Positions 31,411-41,585 of a DNA stretch of 64,000 nucleotides are shown here, in pieces; positions within the stretch are counted from its first letter, which is position 1, and every line of letters starts with the position of its first letter. The position numbers were made by a program, and so were the translations under genes. The notes below the pieces were generated by a model that was not told where the DNA came from, ran no database searches, and saw only the letters and a list, made by a program, of their open reading frames with translations. Source of the DNA: Terriglobia bacterium (lineage in GTDB: Bacteria; Acidobacteriota; Terriglobia; Bryobacterales; Bryobacteraceae); contig CAWIZX010000015.1 of assembly GCA_963840735.1 (NCBI GenBank), positions 31,537 through 95,536 on the forward strand. The letters are read 5' to 3'.

Positions 31411-33351
31411 GATGCATCGCCTTCTGAAGCCAGGGCTTCGTCGCGCCTTACCTGCACATTGGGTTCGTTTTGTAAAACCGCCCCGCGTTGCCGCGGCGCC
31501 GCCGGAATCTGCCCAACCTTCGCGATCACATCCCTTACGTATTCTTCAATTCCCCGCAGGAAAGGGTCGAGCTGCGCCTCACCCCGCTCAATCCGCTTCA
31601 GGTACGCTTCCCACTGACCCGTCATCGCCGGGCTCTTCACTTCCGGATGGACGACCTCAACCAGCTGAATGCCCTTGTCGGTCGCCTCCAGGTTCTTACC
31701 GTCGCGAACGATGTACTCGCGCTTCAGCAGCGTTTCTATGATGGATGCCCGGGTCGCAGGAGTGCCCAGCCCGTTCTCCTTCATCGCGTCCGACAGCTCT
31801 TTCTCGTCGAGCGTCTTGCCCGCCGTCTCCATTGCGGTCAGCAGCGTCGCCTCTGTGAAACGTCTCGGCGCGCGCGTCTTCTTGCGGACCGAGCTCAGCA
31901 TCCAGCACATCCTGCGCCTGCCCGCGCGCAAGCTCCGGCGGCAGCTTCTGCTCGGCCTCGGCGTTGTCGTCGCCTTTCTTCGCCTTTTTCTTGTCCGTCT
32001 GGAAATCGAGAATCTTCCAGCCCACCTGTTGAACGATCGTTCCCGACGCATGGTACCGATCGATGACCGTGCCGTTCGCGATCGCCGTGATGACCGTCGT
32101 CACTGACCAGATATGGTCATCGTGCCAGGCACTCAACAAACGACGGCAGATCAGGTCATAGATCTTTCGCTCGTCGGTCGAAATATCGGCCTTATCGGGC
32201 GAAGTTACGGTCGGGATGATGGCATGGTGGTCGCGGATCTTAGCGTCATCCACAAACCTCTTCCCCAGCGGACGCTCTCCCGTTCCCGGTGCAATGTGCG
32301 CGCTATAGCCCCCCGAGATTGTTTTCACGATCCGCGGCAGCGTACCCGCTACATCCTGCGAAAGGTAGCGGCTGTCGGTACGCGGATAACTGATCAGTTT
32401 GTGGCGTTCATACAGCGCTTGCGCGAGATCGAGTGTCTTCTGGGCACTGAACCCGAAGATCCGGTTCGCGTGCCGTTGCAGTTCCGTCAGGTCGTAAAGC
32501 GCGGGCGGCGGCATGCGCTGCGTTTCCGCCTTGATCGATTCGATAGACGCCTGCCCCGTCTTAGCCCGCGCGACAATTTGCCCCGCCTCAACACCGTCAA
32601 TCGGGAGCCGGGCAGATTTCTGAATTTCCTCAATCGACCGGAACCACGTACCCCGATACGACTGCGCCTCAGCCTTCGCCGAGGGACGAAATGTCGCCTG
32701 CACCTCAAGGTAATCTTCCGGCACAAAGCGCCGCACCGCGAGTTCCCGCTCCACCAGCATCGCGAGCGTCGGAGTCTGTACACGGCCCACCGACAGGTCG
32801 CCGCCATATGCCAACGTGTACGCCCGCGACAGGTTCATGCCCACCAGCCAGTCAGCCCGGCTGCGCCCTTTCGCCGCATTGGCCAGTGGCTCGTACTCCC
32901 TGCCCGGCTTTACGGTGTCAAAGCCTTTCCGAATGGCTTCCGGGGTCAGCGACGAAATCCAGAGCCGCCGGATCGGTTTCGAACATTGCGCCGCCTCATA
33001 GATGTAACGGAAAATCAGTTCGCCTTCGCGTCCCGAATCGGTCGCGCAGATCACTTCCGAAATCCGGGTTGACGATAGGATCTTCCGAACCACCTCGAAC
33101 TGATCCTTGGTTTTCTCGTAAATGACGAGCGGCCACGACGACGGCAGCATCGGCAGCAGATCGCGCCGCCACGCCTTCCATTCCGCCTGGATCTCATGCG
33201 GCTGCGCGAGCGAAGCCAGATGCCCGATCGCCCACGTGACAACGTAGCCGTTTCCATGCATGTAGCCATCGCCTTTGGTTGAGGCCCCGAGCACGCGGGC
33301 AATATCCCGCGCGACCGATGGCTTCTCGGCTAGGACGGCAACGTTGTTCAA
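31290..33351 (-). CDS. topB: DNA topoisomerase III. One frame change at about 31890. The 3-prime end overlaps the recQ 5-prime region and is unresolved.
   Basis: Toprim N-terminus ([19 protein letters not shown]...VVTWAIGHL), [31 protein letters not shown] (catalytic Tyr context), [15 protein letters not shown]. Split between ORFs 31696..33351 and 31290..32051. Confidence 0.9.
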
Positions 33352-33370
33352 ATCCCTATTTTAGGCGGTC

Positions 33371-34624
33371 TTACTGTTCGAGAAACAGCGGTTTGATGTG
33401 CCGGTCGAACAGGTTCTCGGCCACATTGCGCGAGATGGACGCCTCACTCCGGCGCAGCATGTCCAGATACCGCTCGCCCATCTTTGCCGCTACCTTGTAC
33501 CCGACGTGCAGCAATTGCCGCACATTGGCGTTGAAGTTTGGATTCTTTTGGTCGTGCCGCAGAGCGTCGGTGTACTGCTTCGCCGTCCAGCCGTTTACCT
33601 CAGCGGGCAGCGGCAGTTTGGCGTAGTCGATATCGATGACCGATGCGTATGGCTCGCAAAGCTCTTCCTTGTGCTCGTAGGCCTGGACGTAAACTTCCTT
33701 CGCGAGGGCAAGCCCCTCAGGTCCCGCTTCCGCCAGCCCGATTAACTCTTCGAGCCACGTTGTTCCCGCTGTCTTCAGATGCAGGCCCGCACCGGTCTTC
33801 CTCAACGCCTTACGGATGGCGGCGTAAATAGAAAACTTGTCGCTGCCCGAATGTACGCTCAGCTTCAGCGTCTCCGGCAGACCATATTTCTCAATCGCAA
33901 ACGCGATCACCGCCAGATCGTCTGAGAACTCCGTCGCAAACTGAGCCGCATCCCCAACGTAATCGACGCCTTTATTAAACCGGCCCGTAAACTTCGGAGC
34001 GATCGTCTGGATCGGAATCTTCTCATCCGCAATCAGCACCAGAATGATCAGCAGTTCGGGCGGAGTTTGCGGGGCGTCCGTCTCATCCATCGAAACTTCC
34101 GTGATGAAGTTGTCGGCGCCCTTCTTTGCCTCGATGTGCTTATAGATTTTCCCCGCTTCCTTTACGGCGAACAGGTATTTCGAGGCAACGCCGGCAACCG
34201 ATTCGCGAGACGTAGTCATAGCGGTTGCAACGCCCGGAATCGTAATCTCGCCAATCAGTTCAGGGTGCCTCGACACGAACGCTTCCACGTCTTCCGAAGG
34301 AGCCGCGCGCCCGATAAAATGCGCCACGTCAAGCGTATAGAAATCGCTCGGCTCAATGAAACGATCCACCGTATCGAGGTTGATGTGATCCGCATCCACG
34401 TGCCACGGCTTCTTCCAGCCGGATTCTTTCACGGCAGCCGCCGCGGCCGCATAAACGCTGGAAGGTTCGGAGCCGACAATCAAGTGCTCGCGGTTCGATT
34501 TATTCCACACCGGAACGATATCGATCCCCTTTTCAGCGGCCATCTCAAACGCTTTCAGTTGCGCCCTCGCCTGGTGAGCGAATCTGTCTCCAACACCGAA
34601 CGTAAACTTCTCGATTTTCATCAT
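33371..34624 (-). CDS. TIM-barrel sugar-acid enzyme, possibly tagaturonate/fructuronate epimerase (UxaE-like)
   Basis: Intact 417-aa ORF with FTFGVGDRFAHQ and WHVDADHINL. The family assignment is from memory of UxaE-type motifs only. Confidence 0.4.
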   Translation of the reverse strand: MMKIEKFTFGVGDRFAHQARAQLKAFEMAAEKGIDIVPVWNKSNREHLIVGSEPSSVYAAAAAAVKESGWKKPWHVDADHINLDTVDRFIEPSDFYTLDVAHFIGRAAPSEDVEAFVSRHPELIGEITIPGVATAMTTSRESVAGVASKYLFAVKEAGKIYKHIEAKKGADNFITEVSMDETDAPQTPPELLIILVLIADEKIPIQTIAPKFTGRFNKGVDYVGDAAQFATEFSDDLAVIAFAIEKYGLPETLKLSVHSGSDKFSIYAAIRKALRKTGAGLHLKTAGTTWLEELIGLAEAGPEGLALAKEVYVQAYEHKEELCEPYASVIDIDYAKLPLPAEVNGWTAKQYTDALRHDQKNPNFNANVRQLLHVGYKVAAKMGERYLDMLRRSEASISRNVAENLFDRHIKPLFLEQ

Positions 34625-34639
34625 ATTTTTTTCGCGACC

Positions 34640-35654
34640 TTAAAGGGCAACCTGCAGTTTCACGAACGCGCCGGGGTCATCGCTCCATTGCTTCAGCGAA
34701 GCGCCAGCTTCGTCCAGTGACACCACGCGGGAGATAATGCTGTCCACCGGAAAGCGCCCGCCGCGCAGCGCCTCGATCACAGTCGCAAACTCATCCAGCG
34801 CATTGCGTGACCCAAGAATATCCAGCTCTTTCATTACGAACAGCCGCGTTTCATAGGCCACAGGCTCTTTCGCGTAGCCGATGTAAACCACACGCCCGGT
34901 GAATGCAACCGCCTCGACGGCCATGCGGAATGTGGCGGGCGTGCCCACGGCTTCGATAATCACGTCCGGCCCCGACCCGTCGGTCAGCCGCAACAATTCT
35001 TCGTGTACATTGGTCTGCGCGCTGTTCACGGTGACGCCCGCTCCTGCCTGCGCCGCGACTGCCAGCTTACGGTCATCCACATCGATCGCAATGACGCGCG
35101 CACCGCGAAACGCCGATGCCGAGATGGCGCCCAGCCCCACCACGCCGCAGCCAATCACAGCAACCGTGTCCTCGCGCACCACGCGTCCTCGCGCCGGCCG
35201 CATGGAAGCCGACCGAGAGCGGCTCCACCACGCTGAGTTCGCTCCGTGTCAGACCTTCTGCAATATAGAGTTTGGTCCACGGCGCGACGAAGTATTCTTT
35301 CATCGCGCCATCCCGCTGCACCCCCAGCGTCTGGTTGAACTGGCACGCGTTCACGCGTCCTCGCCGGCAGGAGGCGCACGCGCCGCAACTGGTATATGGC
35401 GAAAGCGTGACGTTCATCCCCGCGGCAAAACGGTTCGGCACATCGGCGCCGCAATCCACGATTTCAGCGGCGATCTCATGGCCCGGAATGCGCGGGTAGC
35501 TCACGAGCGGATTCTTTCCCCGAAAGGTACTGAGGTCGGTACCGCACATTCCAACGCGATGTGTTTTCAGCAGCACCTCGCCCGCGGCGGGCGAAGGCAT
35601 CGGCAGATCGGTGACACGGGTTTCGCCAGGCTTATCGATAACGAAGGCGCGCAT
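34640..35654 (-). CDS. Zinc-dependent medium-chain alcohol/polyol dehydrogenase. One frame change at about 35198.
   Basis: [26 protein letters not shown] (structural Zn), [12 protein letters not shown] (Rossmann). Split between ORFs 35073..35654 and 34640..35203. Confidence 0.85.
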
Positions 35655-36431
35655 TTATTGGTTCACGCCCGAAGCGAGGAATCCGCCATCCACGGCGAGG
35701 CATTGTCCTGTGATGTAGCTCGCCGCGTCCGAAGCGAACAGAATCGCTGCTCCGACCAGTTCTTCGGTCTGTCCAAACCGCCCCATCGGTGTGCGCATCA
35801 GCAGTTCCTTCCCTCGCGGGGTACCGTCGAGCAGTGCCGCATTCAGCTCAGTCCGAAACACTCCCGGCGCGATCGCGTTCACGTTGATCCCGTGTCTTGA
35901 CCATTCCACTGCCAGACTTCGCGTAAGCGAAAACACTGCGGATTTTGAAGCCGCATAGGCCGCCACTTCAAAGAACGCGACGTAGGAAGTCAGGGACGCG
36001 ATGTTAATAATGCGGCCGCGCCCGCTCGCGCGCAGCGGCTCGTAAAAAGCCTGGCAGGCCCGCAGGGTACCGGTCAGATTTGTGTCGACAATTCCCGTCC
36101 ACTCGTCTTCCGGGACATCTTTGGTCGGCGTCCGTTTAATTCTGCCTGCCACGTTGAGCAGAATATCCACTTTGCCGAACTTCGACATGACCGCGTCCCG
36201 AAACGCATCGACCGACTTGCGATCTGAAACGTCGCAGGCATGGGACAAACTGTGGCGCCCTTCTGCCTCGATCGCGGCGGTAATCTCCGCTACCAGCGCA
36301 TCCCTTCGCCCGGTTGCAATCACGTCAGCGCCAGCCTGCGCCAGACCGAGCGCCATGCTCTTGCCAATCCCGGACGTGCCCCCGACCACCACCGCTGTGC
36401 GCCCGGTAAGATCAGTAAAATTTTTGACCAT
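35655..36431 (-). CDS. Short-chain dehydrogenase/reductase (SDR)
   Basis: VVGGTSGIGKS (TGxxxGIG), NIAS, YAASKSAV (YxxxK). Intact 258 aa. Its stop abuts the start of the downstream dehydrogenase gene. Confidence 0.88.
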   Translation of the reverse strand: MVKNFTDLTGRTAVVVGGTSGIGKSMALGLAQAGADVIATGRRDALVAEITAAIEAEGRHSLSHACDVSDRKSVDAFRDAVMSKFGKVDILLNVAGRIKRTPTKDVPEDEWTGIVDTNLTGTLRACQAFYEPLRASGRGRIINIASLTSYVAFFEVAAYAASKSAVFSLTRSLAVEWSRHGINVNAIAPGVFRTELNAALLDGTPRGKELLMRTPMGRFGQTEELVGAAILFASDAASYITGQCLAVDGGFLASGVNQ

Positions 36432-36460
36432 GTGTCTGCACTAAATTAACAGACTGCACG

Positions 36461-36493
36461 AAGAAAAGGCCCTCCCCAAAAATGGGGAAGGCC
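36461..36493 (-). terminator. Rho-independent terminator downstream of the BON-domain gene
   Basis: Minus-strand read: GGCCTTCCCC-ATTTTT-GGGGAGGGCC, followed by TTTTCTT. The stem has one mismatch. Confidence 0.6.
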
Positions 36494-36522
36494 CGGAGAG
36501 ACACCGTTTTAGTAAAAGGAAT

Positions 36523-37095
36523 TTACGTGCCTTCGACGCGAAGATCGTTTTCGACCGAGAACGCTCCAAAGACACCGTTCGCCCGAATCCCGGCAATGTT
36601 TTTGTCGCCCGAATTGGCCACTACGCCTTCCAGCCGCACATGCCCGTTTTTCACAATGATGTGAATCGAGGGCAGTGCGCGGTAGCCGTAGCGGTCAGAG
36701 AGCGCCGGGTCACCGTAGATCGCCCGATACGTTGCCGCACGGATACGGTCATCGTCCGGCGAGAGCGGCAATACTTCAATGTTATTGACTACGTTGGTTA
36801 CGCCTTCAACGCGCTTCACCACGTTTCCGGCATCGGACTTCAGAGTGGGCCTGGTTACCTGGCCCTGCAGAATGACTGTGCTGCCATTCACAGTGAAACC
36901 AAGATCGTCGAAGATACCGTAATAGGGCAACATCACGAGTTGGTGACGCACCTCATTGACAAGGCGGCCTTCATCCTGCGACCCGTTTACGTAAGGGTCC
37001 ATATGCTGCGGTACTTTATTGTCTTTATCTTTGGCGGCGAAGCCGGCCGGACCTGTCAAAGCACCGGCCAGAAGTGCAATCGCAATACGTTTCAT
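36523..37095 (-). CDS. BON-domain (OsmY-like) periplasmic protein
   Basis: Signal peptide MKRIAIALLAGALTGPAGFAA, then two BON-like repeats (VILQGQVTRPTLKSDAGNVVKRVEGVTNVVNNIEV and VRLEGVVANSGDKNIAGIRANGVFGAFSVENDLRV). Confidence 0.75.
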   Translation of the reverse strand: MKRIAIALLAGALTGPAGFAAKDKDNKVPQHMDPYVNGSQDEGRLVNEVRHQLVMLPYYGIFDDLGFTVNGSTVILQGQVTRPTLKSDAGNVVKRVEGVTNVVNNIEVLPLSPDDDRIRAATYRAIYGDPALSDRYGYRALPSIHIIVKNGHVRLEGVVANSGDKNIAGIRANGVFGAFSVENDLRVEGT

Positions 37096-37235
37096 ATCTA
37101 TCACCATCCGGGATACGCTAAATGCACGCGGTCTGCCACGCCTAAGTCCTTTATTCACATGTCCAGGAATTAACCATACAATCGCAGCGGTGGTTCCATC
37201 GGTTTCCTTCGGCCAGTTTGCTTTATACTCTCAGA

Positions 37236-38021
37236 ATGCCCGCAATCGACAGCCACCCGCCAGGAACATTTTGCTGGATCGAACTCGCAACAACCGACCA
37301 GCCCGCCGCCAAAGCTTTTTACACCGCCGTCTTCGGCTGGTCCGCTCAGGATGGCCCCATCGGAGAGGGCGAATTCTACACTATGTTCCAGCTAAACGGA
37401 CAAAACGCCGGCGCGGCCTACACACAGCGCGCGGATGAGCGTGCGATGAATATTCCTCCCCACTGGAACCTTTACATTGCCGTCGAAAACGCGGATGAGA
37501 CCGCCCGCAGGGCAGCGGAACTGGGAGCCAGGTTACTGGTACCTCCCTTCGATGTCGCCACATACGGACGCATGTCCGTTATTCAGGACCCCAATGGCGC
37601 CGTTTTCTCCATTTGGCAAGCCAAAGATCACAAAGGCATTGAGGTGCCGGACTGGATGGACGGAGCCTTCTGCTGGGCCGATCTGAACACGCCCGGAGCG
37701 CCCGCTGCCCAGAAGTTTTATAGTGAGCTCTTCGGCTGGACCTTCGTATCGGATCCAGCCAGCGGCTATACCCATATCGAAAACGGCGGCAAGCCGATTG
37801 GCGGCATCCCGTCAGATTCCCAGCGCGATTCGAACGCTCCGCCCCACTGGATGATTTACCTGAAGACCAGCGATTGCGATGCGACCACAGCAAAGGCCAA
37901 AGATTTGGGCGCGCAGATCTACTTCGGCCCGGTCACACTCGAGGGCACGGGCCGGTTTACCGTAATGGCTGATCCCCAGGGCGCTGTTTCGGCGCTGTTT
38001 CAGTCTTTCCGCAAGGCGTGA
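37236..38021 (+). CDS. Two-domain VOC (glyoxalase/bleomycin-resistance) family protein
   Basis: Duplicated blocks FCWIELATTDQPAAKAFYTAVFGWS and FCWADLNTPGAPAAQKFYSELFGWT, each followed by PPHW. The start is taken at MPAIDSH. Confidence 0.8.
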   Translation: MPAIDSHPPGTFCWIELATTDQPAAKAFYTAVFGWSAQDGPIGEGEFYTMFQLNGQNAGAAYTQRADERAMNIPPHWNLYIAVENADETARRAAELGARLLVPPFDVATYGRMSVIQDPNGAVFSIWQAKDHKGIEVPDWMDGAFCWADLNTPGAPAAQKFYSELFGWTFVSDPASGYTHIENGGKPIGGIPSDSQRDSNAPPHWMIYLKTSDCDATTAKAKDLGAQIYFGPVTLEGTGRFTVMADPQGAVSALFQSFRKA

Positions 38022-38249
38022 CCCGCTCCGGAGTTGCCGTGACAGGCTGCACTACGTGTGTGCCCGGGATAACCGTCCTGAGTCGCCGAAGCGCAGCCTC
38101 CGCAACTTCCTGATGTCTTCAGGGCGGCTGCCGATCCCCAACTACTTACCGCTTTCAGGATCCAGACAGAAGCCGAATTCGGTCGCGATAACAACTGTCG
38201 TCGCGAAATGGCCCCAGGCTTCGTTTCGAACTGAAGAAGGCATGAACGA

Positions 38250-39111
38250 CTACGCGGCAGCCATCCGGGTGCTCGCCTTTTGCCAGTAAACAGCGCGCCG
38301 GTCTATCGCCTGAATCTCTTCGACAATTCCGTTGTCGCGCCGGAATTCGTCCACAGCCCGCTGGCAATCGGGCAGATTTTTATAATCGTCGAAAATGGCG
38401 TAGCCGCCCACCGACAACCGGGGATAGAGGTTCCGAAGCACATCGAGCGTCAACGTGTACAAATCGGCGTCCACCCGAAGGATCGCCAGCGGACCGATTC
38501 CGGAAGACGGAAGGGTCTCACTGAAAAACGCCTTTCAAAAACCGGACCTGTCCGTCCAGCAGTCCATAACGTGTGAAGTTGTTTTTGACATCGTCCAGCG
38601 AAACGGCCATGTCACCTTTGTTCCACTCGAACTTTTCCTGCCCGCGATCGATGTCGGGAAGCCCCGCGAACGAATCCACCACCCAGACTTTTCGGTCAGT
38701 GCGGCCGTAAGCCGCCAGCGCCGCCCTCATGAAAATCGTCATGCCGCCGCGCCAGACGCCCGCTTCAAGAAGGTCGCCGGGAACATTTCGACTGAGGACA
38801 TCGAGAATGCAGCGTTGCATGCTGTCCAGTTGGCGGGTTCCCAACATGGTCTCGGCGTCCTCAACGCGATTCGTCGCGGCATGGCCCGATTCCAGATAAT
38901 CGTCTTGTGTTGACCTCACCAGCCGAACCATTTCAAGATGCAGGCCGGCCAAAAAGTTGTTGACCCTGTGGAGCGTTCGCGATTTGAAACTCAGAGGCCG
39001 GATGGTGTGGCGCTCAAGCCCTCTTGCAACCAACTCCCGCGTCAAAACCTTCTTCATCAGATCCAGGTAGAGCGAGGCTGTGTCAGGAGGAAGCGGTTGC
39101 GGCACTGTCAC
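38250..39111 (-). CDS. TylF/macrocin-O-methyltransferase-family SAM-dependent methyltransferase. One frame change in the A5/T5 run at 38524-38528.
   Basis: GDLLEAGVWRGG, VWVVDSFAGLP, RVDADLYTLTLDVLRNLYPRLSVGGYAIFDDY. Split between ORFs 38518..39111 and 38250..38474. Confidence 0.85.
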
Positions 39112-39149
39112 GTTGCCACCAGCATAGCCTAATTGTTTATTCTCTGCGT

Positions 39150-39728
39150 TCAGGCGTGGGACTGCGCCGCTTTGATCACTCGCGCTGGGTTTCCGACGGC
39201 CACAACGGCCTCAGGGATGTCCTTCACTACAACCGCTCCGGCTCCGATCGTGCTGCCCGCGCCTACGTCAGCCGCAACAATTGCGCCTGCCCCGATCCAG
39301 CAATCCGCGCCCACTGAGACTGTACGGAACGTGCTGTCTTCCGGGCTCTGCAGGTTCCCCTGTCCGTCGCGCGCGTGCTGTCTGCGCCCGCTCAGAATCT
39401 GGACGCCCGTAGCGATATGCGTTCGGTCTCCAATCCTGCTGCGGCCGATAACAGAATTGCTGCCGATAAAAACCTTGTTTCCCACCACGGCCTCCGGGTG
39501 GGAAAAGAAAGTCCCGAAGCTGATCCGGCTGTCAGCAGCGCAAGATGTCAGGGTGAGTCTGTAATAGCAGGTGCGGAGATAATCGCCCGGCAGCCCGGGA
39601 GCCAGAGCCAGCGCCTGGGCCCAGAAACAGAAGACCGTACCGGCTCGTCCGAAGCCGGACATAAGAGCGCACGGAAAGGCGAGGCACAGAAAGAAGCCGT
39701 TGGCCAGGGCCTTCGCAAGCGATCTCAA
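39150..39728 (-). CDS. Hexapeptide-repeat (left-handed beta-helix) acyl/acetyltransferase
   Basis: VSVGADCWIGAGAIVAADVGAGSTIGAGAVVVKDIPEAVVAVGNPARVI, a typical LbH transferase C-terminus. Confidence 0.8.
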   Translation of the reverse strand: MRSLAKALANGFFLCLAFPCALMSGFGRAGTVFCFWAQALALAPGLPGDYLRTCYYRLTLTSCAADSRISFGTFFSHPEAVVGNKVFIGSNSVIGRSRIGDRTHIATGVQILSGRRQHARDGQGNLQSPEDSTFRTVSVGADCWIGAGAIVAADVGAGSTIGAGAVVVKDIPEAVVAVGNPARVIKAAQSHA

Positions 39729-39804
39729 TTTGTCATTCTACTGCCCGGACGGCGTGAGTTGCGCCCACCAATGGCGCAGCGCGTATAATCGAACAACGCC
39801 CGCT

Positions 39805-40584
39805 ATGACCAGAGCTTCTCTCGACGATATCGCCTGTGATTTTCAAACCGATAAATCGACAAGGAGCAGACTTGTCTCCACTGGCGACAAATACGACTCC
39901 AGACCGTCTCAGGGGCACGGATACACCATCTACTATGAGCACTACCTCAGCAAGCTGCGGGACCAGCCCATCCGCCTGCTGGAGATTGGTGTTTTAGACG
40001 GCAAATCCCTGGCCACCTGGGCTGAATACTTCCCGCACGCCTCGCTTTATGGTCTCGACATTGACCCCGATTGCAAGCGTTTCGCGAATGAGCGGACGCA
40101 GATCCTGACAGGCAGTCAGTCAGACCAGGATTTTCTGGCGGAAATCTGCAGGCAGGTGCCCGAGGGTTTCGACATCATCATCGATGATGGCAGCCACTAC
40201 GTCAAACACGTGATCGCTTCCTTTGCCGGCCTCTTCGGCAGTCTGAAACCGGGCGGGCTTTACATCATCGAAGACCTGCACATCGCGAACTGGCGCGATT
40301 GGGGACGGGTAGCGCTGAACAAGGGCATGGATCTCGAGCAGGACTCCCAGGGCAACGATCCCGCTGAGATGGTACGTTTTCTCACCGGCGTGCGTGAACG
40401 AGCCGATGTGGCTGAACTGATCGTCCATCTGAAGAAGATCTGCTTCATCCGAAAACTGGGCCCCGGCGCCGAAAAGCGCGCCGAGTGGGACAGAGGCGAT
40501 CGCCTCGATGAACTTTTCCCTGCTCCGCCCCCGACTCCTTCGCTGCTTAGAAGGGTCCTTCGACGCGTCGCGCGCGCGGTCTGA
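39805..40584 (+). CDS. Class I SAM-dependent methyltransferase (sugar O-methyltransferase-like)
   Basis: HGYTIYYEHYL...LLEIGVLDGKSLATWAEYFPHASLYGLDIDP...IIIDDGSH...LKPGGLYIIEDL. The start is chosen at the Met at 39805 to avoid overlap with the convergent upstream gene. Confidence 0.75.
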   Translation: MTRASLDDIACDFQTDKSTRSRLVSTGDKYDSRPSQGHGYTIYYEHYLSKLRDQPIRLLEIGVLDGKSLATWAEYFPHASLYGLDIDPDCKRFANERTQILTGSQSDQDFLAEICRQVPEGFDIIIDDGSHYVKHVIASFAGLFGSLKPGGLYIIEDLHIANWRDWGRVALNKGMDLEQDSQGNDPAEMVRFLTGVRERADVAELIVHLKKICFIRKLGPGAEKRAEWDRGDRLDELFPAPPPTPSLLRRVLRRVARAV

Positions 40585-40604
40585 GCGCCGGACCGGGAGA
40601 GGCA

Positions 40605-41585
40605 TTGCAAGACACCGAAGCGCCATCTCCGGCGGTGAGCGTTTTGATCGCTGCCTACAATGTGGCGCCTTACATAGCGCAGACGCTTAACTCTGTTTTG
40701 TCGCAGGATTTCGCCGGTCCGCTGGAAATAGTGGTCGTGAACGATGGCTCGCCAGACACGCCTGCCCTCGAAGACGCTCTCGCACCGTTTCGGGACCGCA
40801 TCGTTTATCACGTTCAGCCAAACGGCGGCCCGTCGGCCGCCCGCAACACGGCACTTCGGCTCAGCCGGGGAACGCTGATCGCGCTGCTCGACGGTGACGA
40901 TCTGTACCTTCCAGGCTATTTACAAAAGCAGTCCGCGCTGCTCAACTCCGACCCCGGACTCTCCCTCGTCTACGGCGACATGGAGGTCTTTGGCGGAAGC
41001 CAGTTCGATGGCCGGCGGTTGAGCGAACTGAATGGAGAATCGGAGCCGCCGTCGCTCGAAACGCTGATCCGCGGAACGGCCACCGTTCTCAACACCGCGA
41101 TGATGCGCCGCGAATCGTTGCTCGAAGCCGGAGGATGGGACGAGGCGAGCCGCCACTCGGAAGACTATGATTTATGGCTCCGCATTGCTGCGCGCGGAAA
41201 ACTGAGGCGCAATTCCGCGGTCCTCGCGCAATACCGGCTCCACAAGGGCAGCCTGTCATCGAATGAAGTCCGCATGGCGGAGGGCCGCATCCGCGCCTTT
41301 ACCAAACTGCTTGCAGACCCTGCGCTCCCAACGCAGTTGGCGCCCCTGGTGCGGCGGAAGATCGAGGAAGCAAATGGCGCAATTGCTCTGATTCGCGGCA
41401 AGCAGGCCTTCAACGAACGGAATAGCCGCGTCGCCGCTAAGTTTCTGGCGGAAGCTGCGCGCGCGAATCCAAACCGCAAGGTCTGGCTCGCCGCCAGGTT
41501 CGTGCTGTACTTCCCGCGCCTTGCCTACGCCGTGGTTGCCTTACGCGCGCGCCTTGTTCCCCGCTACCGCCATCACGAGCGCTAG
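40605..41585 (+). CDS. Family-2 glycosyltransferase
   Basis: VSVLIAAYNVAPYIAQTLNSVLSQDF...VVNDGSPD...GPSAARNTAL...LDGDD. Confidence 0.88.
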   Translation: MQDTEAPSPAVSVLIAAYNVAPYIAQTLNSVLSQDFAGPLEIVVVNDGSPDTPALEDALAPFRDRIVYHVQPNGGPSAARNTALRLSRGTLIALLDGDDLYLPGYLQKQSALLNSDPGLSLVYGDMEVFGGSQFDGRRLSELNGESEPPSLETLIRGTATVLNTAMMRRESLLEAGGWDEASRHSEDYDLWLRIAARGKLRRNSAVLAQYRLHKGSLSSNEVRMAEGRIRAFTKLLADPALPTQLAPLVRRKIEEANGAIALIRGKQAFNERNSRVAAKFLAEAARANPNRKVWLAARFVLYFPRLAYAVVALRARLVPRYRHHER

